Below are positions 18,421 through 21,126 of a DNA stretch of 21,126 bases, piece by piece. Made by a program: the position numbers and the translations under genes. Position 1 is the stretch's first letter, and the number at the start of each line of letters is the position of its first letter. Origin of the DNA: a bacterium (GTDB taxonomy: Bacteria; Hydrothermota; 32-111); contig JAWOBN010000041.1 in assembly GCA_046484245.1 (NCBI GenBank), positions 1 to 21,126 on the forward strand. The letters are read 5' to 3'. The notes below the pieces were generated by a model that did not search any database, was not told the origin of the DNA, and saw nothing but the letters and a program-made list of their open reading frames with translations.

Positions 18421-19054
18421 ATTTAATCTGTTCCTCCTTGGTCATGTTTGTAGTATTAATCAGAATAGCATCATCTGCCATTCTCAAAGGTGCATATTGA
18501 CGGTTTGTGTCCCGCCTGTCCCGTATCTCTATCTGCTTTCTGATTTCTTCAATAGAAATACCGGGATTATCTTTTCTGTACTCGGCAGCCCTTCTTCTTG
18601 CTCTCTCCTCAATGGAGCATTCCATAAAGAATTTCAGGGGGGCATCAGGGAAAACAACTGTCCCCATATCCCTGCCTTCAGCAACAATATCCATTGTGCT
18701 GCCTATTTTCCTCTGCATACCTGCCAGGAAAAACCGTACGGATTTTAATGTGGATATTTCGGATGCTTTCTGGGAAATCGTTTCATTCCTGATTGCATCA
18801 GACACATCTTCACTGTTTAGAAAGATCCTTCTACTATTATTAATGTTTCTAAAGGAGATGTCAATATCCTTTAGATATTTTTTTACATCATTCTCATTGA
18901 GCACTTCAATGCCCCTTCTGTGCATAAACAGTGCCGCGGCTCTGTACATTGCTCCTGTATCAAGATATATCATCCCGAGTTCTCTTGCCGATTCCCTTGC
19001 TGTAGTTGTTTTGCCTGAACCGGCAGGCCCGTCTATTGCAATGACAAATTTCAT
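18359..19054 (-). CDS. cmk: Cytidylate kinase
   Basis: IAIDGPAGSGKTT, YLDTGAMYRA, EGRDMGTVVFPDA, RDRRD and APLRMADDA. Confidence 0.97.
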   Translation of the reverse strand: MKFVIAIDGPAGSGKTTTARESARELGMIYLDTGAMYRAAALFMHRRGIEVLNENDVKKYLKDIDISFRNINNSRRIFLNSEDVSDAIRNETISQKASEISTLKSVRFFLAGMQRKIGSTMDIVAEGRDMGTVVFPDAPLKFFMECSIEERARRRAAEYRKDNPGISIEEIRKQIEIRDRRDTNRQYAPLRMADDAILINTTNMTKEEQIKFVVSKAKKIRENIQSDTESS

Positions 19055-19060
19055 GTCCGT

Positions 19061-19088
19061 ATTATATGAATTTCTATCTTGATTTCAA
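19061..19088 (-). promoter_or_regulatory. Putative sigma70 promoter predicting a leaderless cmk transcript
   Basis: Minus strand: TTGAAA (19088-19083), 16-nt spacer, perfect TATAAT (19066-19061), 6 nt (ACGGAC), then ATG at 19054. There is no properly spaced SD. Confidence 0.65.
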
Positions 19089-20297
19089 GTGCCTTGTTAA
19101 TTTGAATTTTTCCGGCAGACCGATAAGGAGCACATCACTGGAGAATATCCTCGCTGTAATGCCTATCATTATGAAGAAAAAGGCAAAACAATACACTATG
19201 CCTGAAACAACAAGCATATAATTGCCGAAGAGCAGTTCCCTGAAAGCCATCATTGGATGGGAAAAGGGAATTATGAAATATATCACCTTTAATACCGGAG
19301 CCATTGTGCTGAAATCAATGAACATTGTAAGGAACATTGAAAACATTGCAGAGATTGTTATGGGGAATATCATTGTCTGAGATGTCTTGGAATCCTTTGT
19401 GAATGCGCCCAGCAGCATGCATGCCCCCAGACCGGCAAGGAGTGCTGAGAGGAAAGACAGGAGCAGCAATATCCACTGTTCAACAGTAAGCTCCATACTG
19501 AATGAGCTCATTACTGAATTGCCGGCACTGAGTGAATTTATATAATAGCGGAACCCCATAATATATATGCCTGCAAACACAATACCCACTATTGCACTGC
19601 CTATTATCTTGCCGGATATGATATAACTCCTCTTGACAGGCATTGTCAGCAGTGTCTCCAGTGTCTTGTTCTCCTTTTCAAATGCCATTGACGATATGAC
19701 AGTACTGCCGGACATTATTATGAGCATCATAATAAGAACCGGCAAAGTGGACACCTGTGTGGATAATGTTGCCATAATGGTACGGGGGGACATACTCTCA
19801 AAGGTTTTCCCCTTTATTGTTGTTGTATTTATAATATTAACAGGGTCCCTCATCATATCAGGTTCAAATCCCGACCTGCTTTCTATAAGCACATCTGATA
19901 TACCCCTGGCAGATGTGCTGATTGCATTTTCAAATATGCCTGTCTCAACTGAATTCATTATTCCCGCACCTTCCATAATATAATGAATCTCTATGTTCCC
20001 GCTTTTACCCTTTGATATACTCTCTGAAAAACCGTCCTCTATTATGACCCTGTGAACATCTTCATTGTTTGCATCCTGAATGTCAGTATGTTCAATAATG
20101 CTCTCCTCAAAGATTGCACTGTACTTCCCGCTGTCATTATTGATAAAGACAATCTCGGGTTTCTTCGCCATATCCTCCCCTATTGAGGAAAATGTCCTGC
20201 CGATATAACCGAACATTACAGCAATGATTATCATTGCAATGAGGGTTGATTTCTTGAAAAGCTCTCTCACCTCTTTTTTGATTATTTTAAATATCAT
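19074..20297 (-). CDS. ABC-2 type exporter permease, NatB/YhaP-like
   Basis: One N-terminal TM helix, a large extracytoplasmic domain, then EKENKTLETLLTMPVKRSYIISGK and about 5 further TM helices. ATGA overlap with the ATPase. Confidence 0.85.
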   Translation of the reverse strand: MIFKIIKKEVRELFKKSTLIAMIIIAVMFGYIGRTFSSIGEDMAKKPEIVFINNDSGKYSAIFEESIIEHTDIQDANNEDVHRVIIEDGFSESISKGKSGNIEIHYIMEGAGIMNSVETGIFENAISTSARGISDVLIESRSGFEPDMMRDPVNIINTTTIKGKTFESMSPRTIMATLSTQVSTLPVLIMMLIIMSGSTVISSMAFEKENKTLETLLTMPVKRSYIISGKIIGSAIVGIVFAGIYIMGFRYYINSLSAGNSVMSSFSMELTVEQWILLLLSFLSALLAGLGACMLLGAFTKDSKTSQTMIFPITISAMFSMFLTMFIDFSTMAPVLKVIYFIIPFSHPMMAFRELLFGNYMLVVSGIVYCFAFFFIMIGITARIFSSDVLLIGLPEKFKLTRHLKSR

Positions 20298-21006
20298 TTG
20301 ATCACCCCCGTGAACACCTCTTCAATATTGTCAGCACTGTATTTCTCTTTCAGCATGGCAGGTGACCCCTCTTCAACAATCATACCTTCATTGATCAATG
20401 CAATACGGTCACAGAGATACTCCACCTCCAGCATATTATGGGAAGAAAGCAGCACTGCATTCTCATCCGATACAGCATCAAGTATTGTATCCCTCACCTC
20501 TTTTGCATTAACTACATCCAGTCCTGATGTCGGTTCATCCAGTATTGCCAGTTTGGGCTTTATCATTAATGCCCTGGCTATAAGCAGGCGCCTTGTCATG
20601 CCCTTGGAATATTTATCCACCTTATCATCTATTCTTTTACCCAGGGATGCAATATCAATTCCCCTTGCTACCATCTCATCAGTATGCCTGTCTGTGAAAA
20701 ATGAAGCAATGAATTCCAGATACTGCCTTCCTGTCAGATTCTTGTATGCACCTGCTTCTTCAGGCAGATATGAAATCATATTCCTTATTTTTCCGGGTTC
20801 ATCCTTCAGGGAAACACCGAATACATCAATACTCCGCTATTGACCTGAATGAGGGTTGAAATGCAGCGCAGTGTTGTTGTCTTGCCTGCACCATTGGGGC
20901 CTATCAGACCGAACACCTCTCCGGGTTCAATCTCAAAACTGATACCCTTTACTGCCTCTGCGCCATTGTACTCCTTAACAAGACCGTCAATCGTCAATGC
21001 TTTCAT
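20294..21006 (-). pseudogene. ABC-2 exporter ATP-binding protein (NatA-like), split by a 1-nt deletion (true pseudogene or assembly error)
   Basis: The 5' frame has Walker A GPNGAGKTT. The 3' frame has YLPEEAG, YSKGMTRRL, LAILDEP and SSH. Adding one base near 20833-20835 gives a continuous 237-aa protein reading ...QVNSG-SIDVFGVSLKDEPGKIRNMISYLPE. Confidence 0.85.
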
Positions 21007-21126
21007 CTTTATCCCCTCTGCACTGTTTACAGGTATTTATTCCGAGAACTGTATATATTCCGCAGACACCGGTTGCAGCTGTAAAGAGCAGCACTATTGC
21101 TATCAGAGCAAGTATGAATGTGAGAG
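20987..21126 (-). CDS. Partial (5' end off window) DUF2892/YgaP-like small membrane protein
   Basis: Manual translation: LTFILALIAIVLLFTAATGVCGIYTVLGINTCKQCRGDKDESIDD*. The TGxCxxYxxLGINTC pattern is typical of DUF2892. TGA at 20989-20987 overlaps the ABC ATPase 5' end. Confidence 0.75.
   Translation of the reverse strand, partial: LTFILALIAIVLLFTAATGVCGIYTVLGINTCKQCRGDKDESIDD

Noticed and set aside
2060..20843. Numerous plus-strand ORFs of 60-190 aa in the track, and the minus-strand 7483..7683 ORF
   Set aside because: All lie antisense to, or out of frame within, well-supported genes and have no recognisable motifs. They are shadow ORFs.
1..21126. CRISPR arrays, tRNA/rRNA genes, IS elements, integrases and intrinsic terminators
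   Set aside because: The window is almost entirely coding, with a largest gap of 27 bp. I saw no spaced repeats, transposase motifs or GC hairpin plus U-tract.

Overview
A bacterial chromosomal window in which every real gene lies on the minus strand, tightly packed with many start/stop overlaps. In transcription order (right to left): a partial DUF2892 membrane protein; a NatA/NatB-like ABC-2 exporter whose ATPase carries a 1-nt frameshift; a housekeeping block (cmk-plsC-ispH-rpsA-pyrG); and a type IV pilus block with two tandem, divergent pilB paralogs followed by pilT-pilC-pilS-pilR. Where Geobacter and Myxococcus have pilA, there is instead an O-antigen-ligase/oligosaccharyltransferase-like protein with TPRs. 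It is coupled to wzm-wzt and to a partial glycosyltransferase-like ORF (1..1114) that the ORF track misses. Bases 1 to ~3010 are much more AT-rich and hold the only two TCGA sites I found, while the other ~18 kb appears to have none, suggesting an acquired glycan cassette. Other points of note: complementary motif degeneration in the two PilBs, sigma70-like promoters predicting leaderless or near-leaderless mRNAs for cmk and the first pilB, and a divergent CTP synthase with a ~31-aa insertion. I saw no RNA genes, CRISPR arrays or mobile-element genes. All counts are manual and no database search was run.
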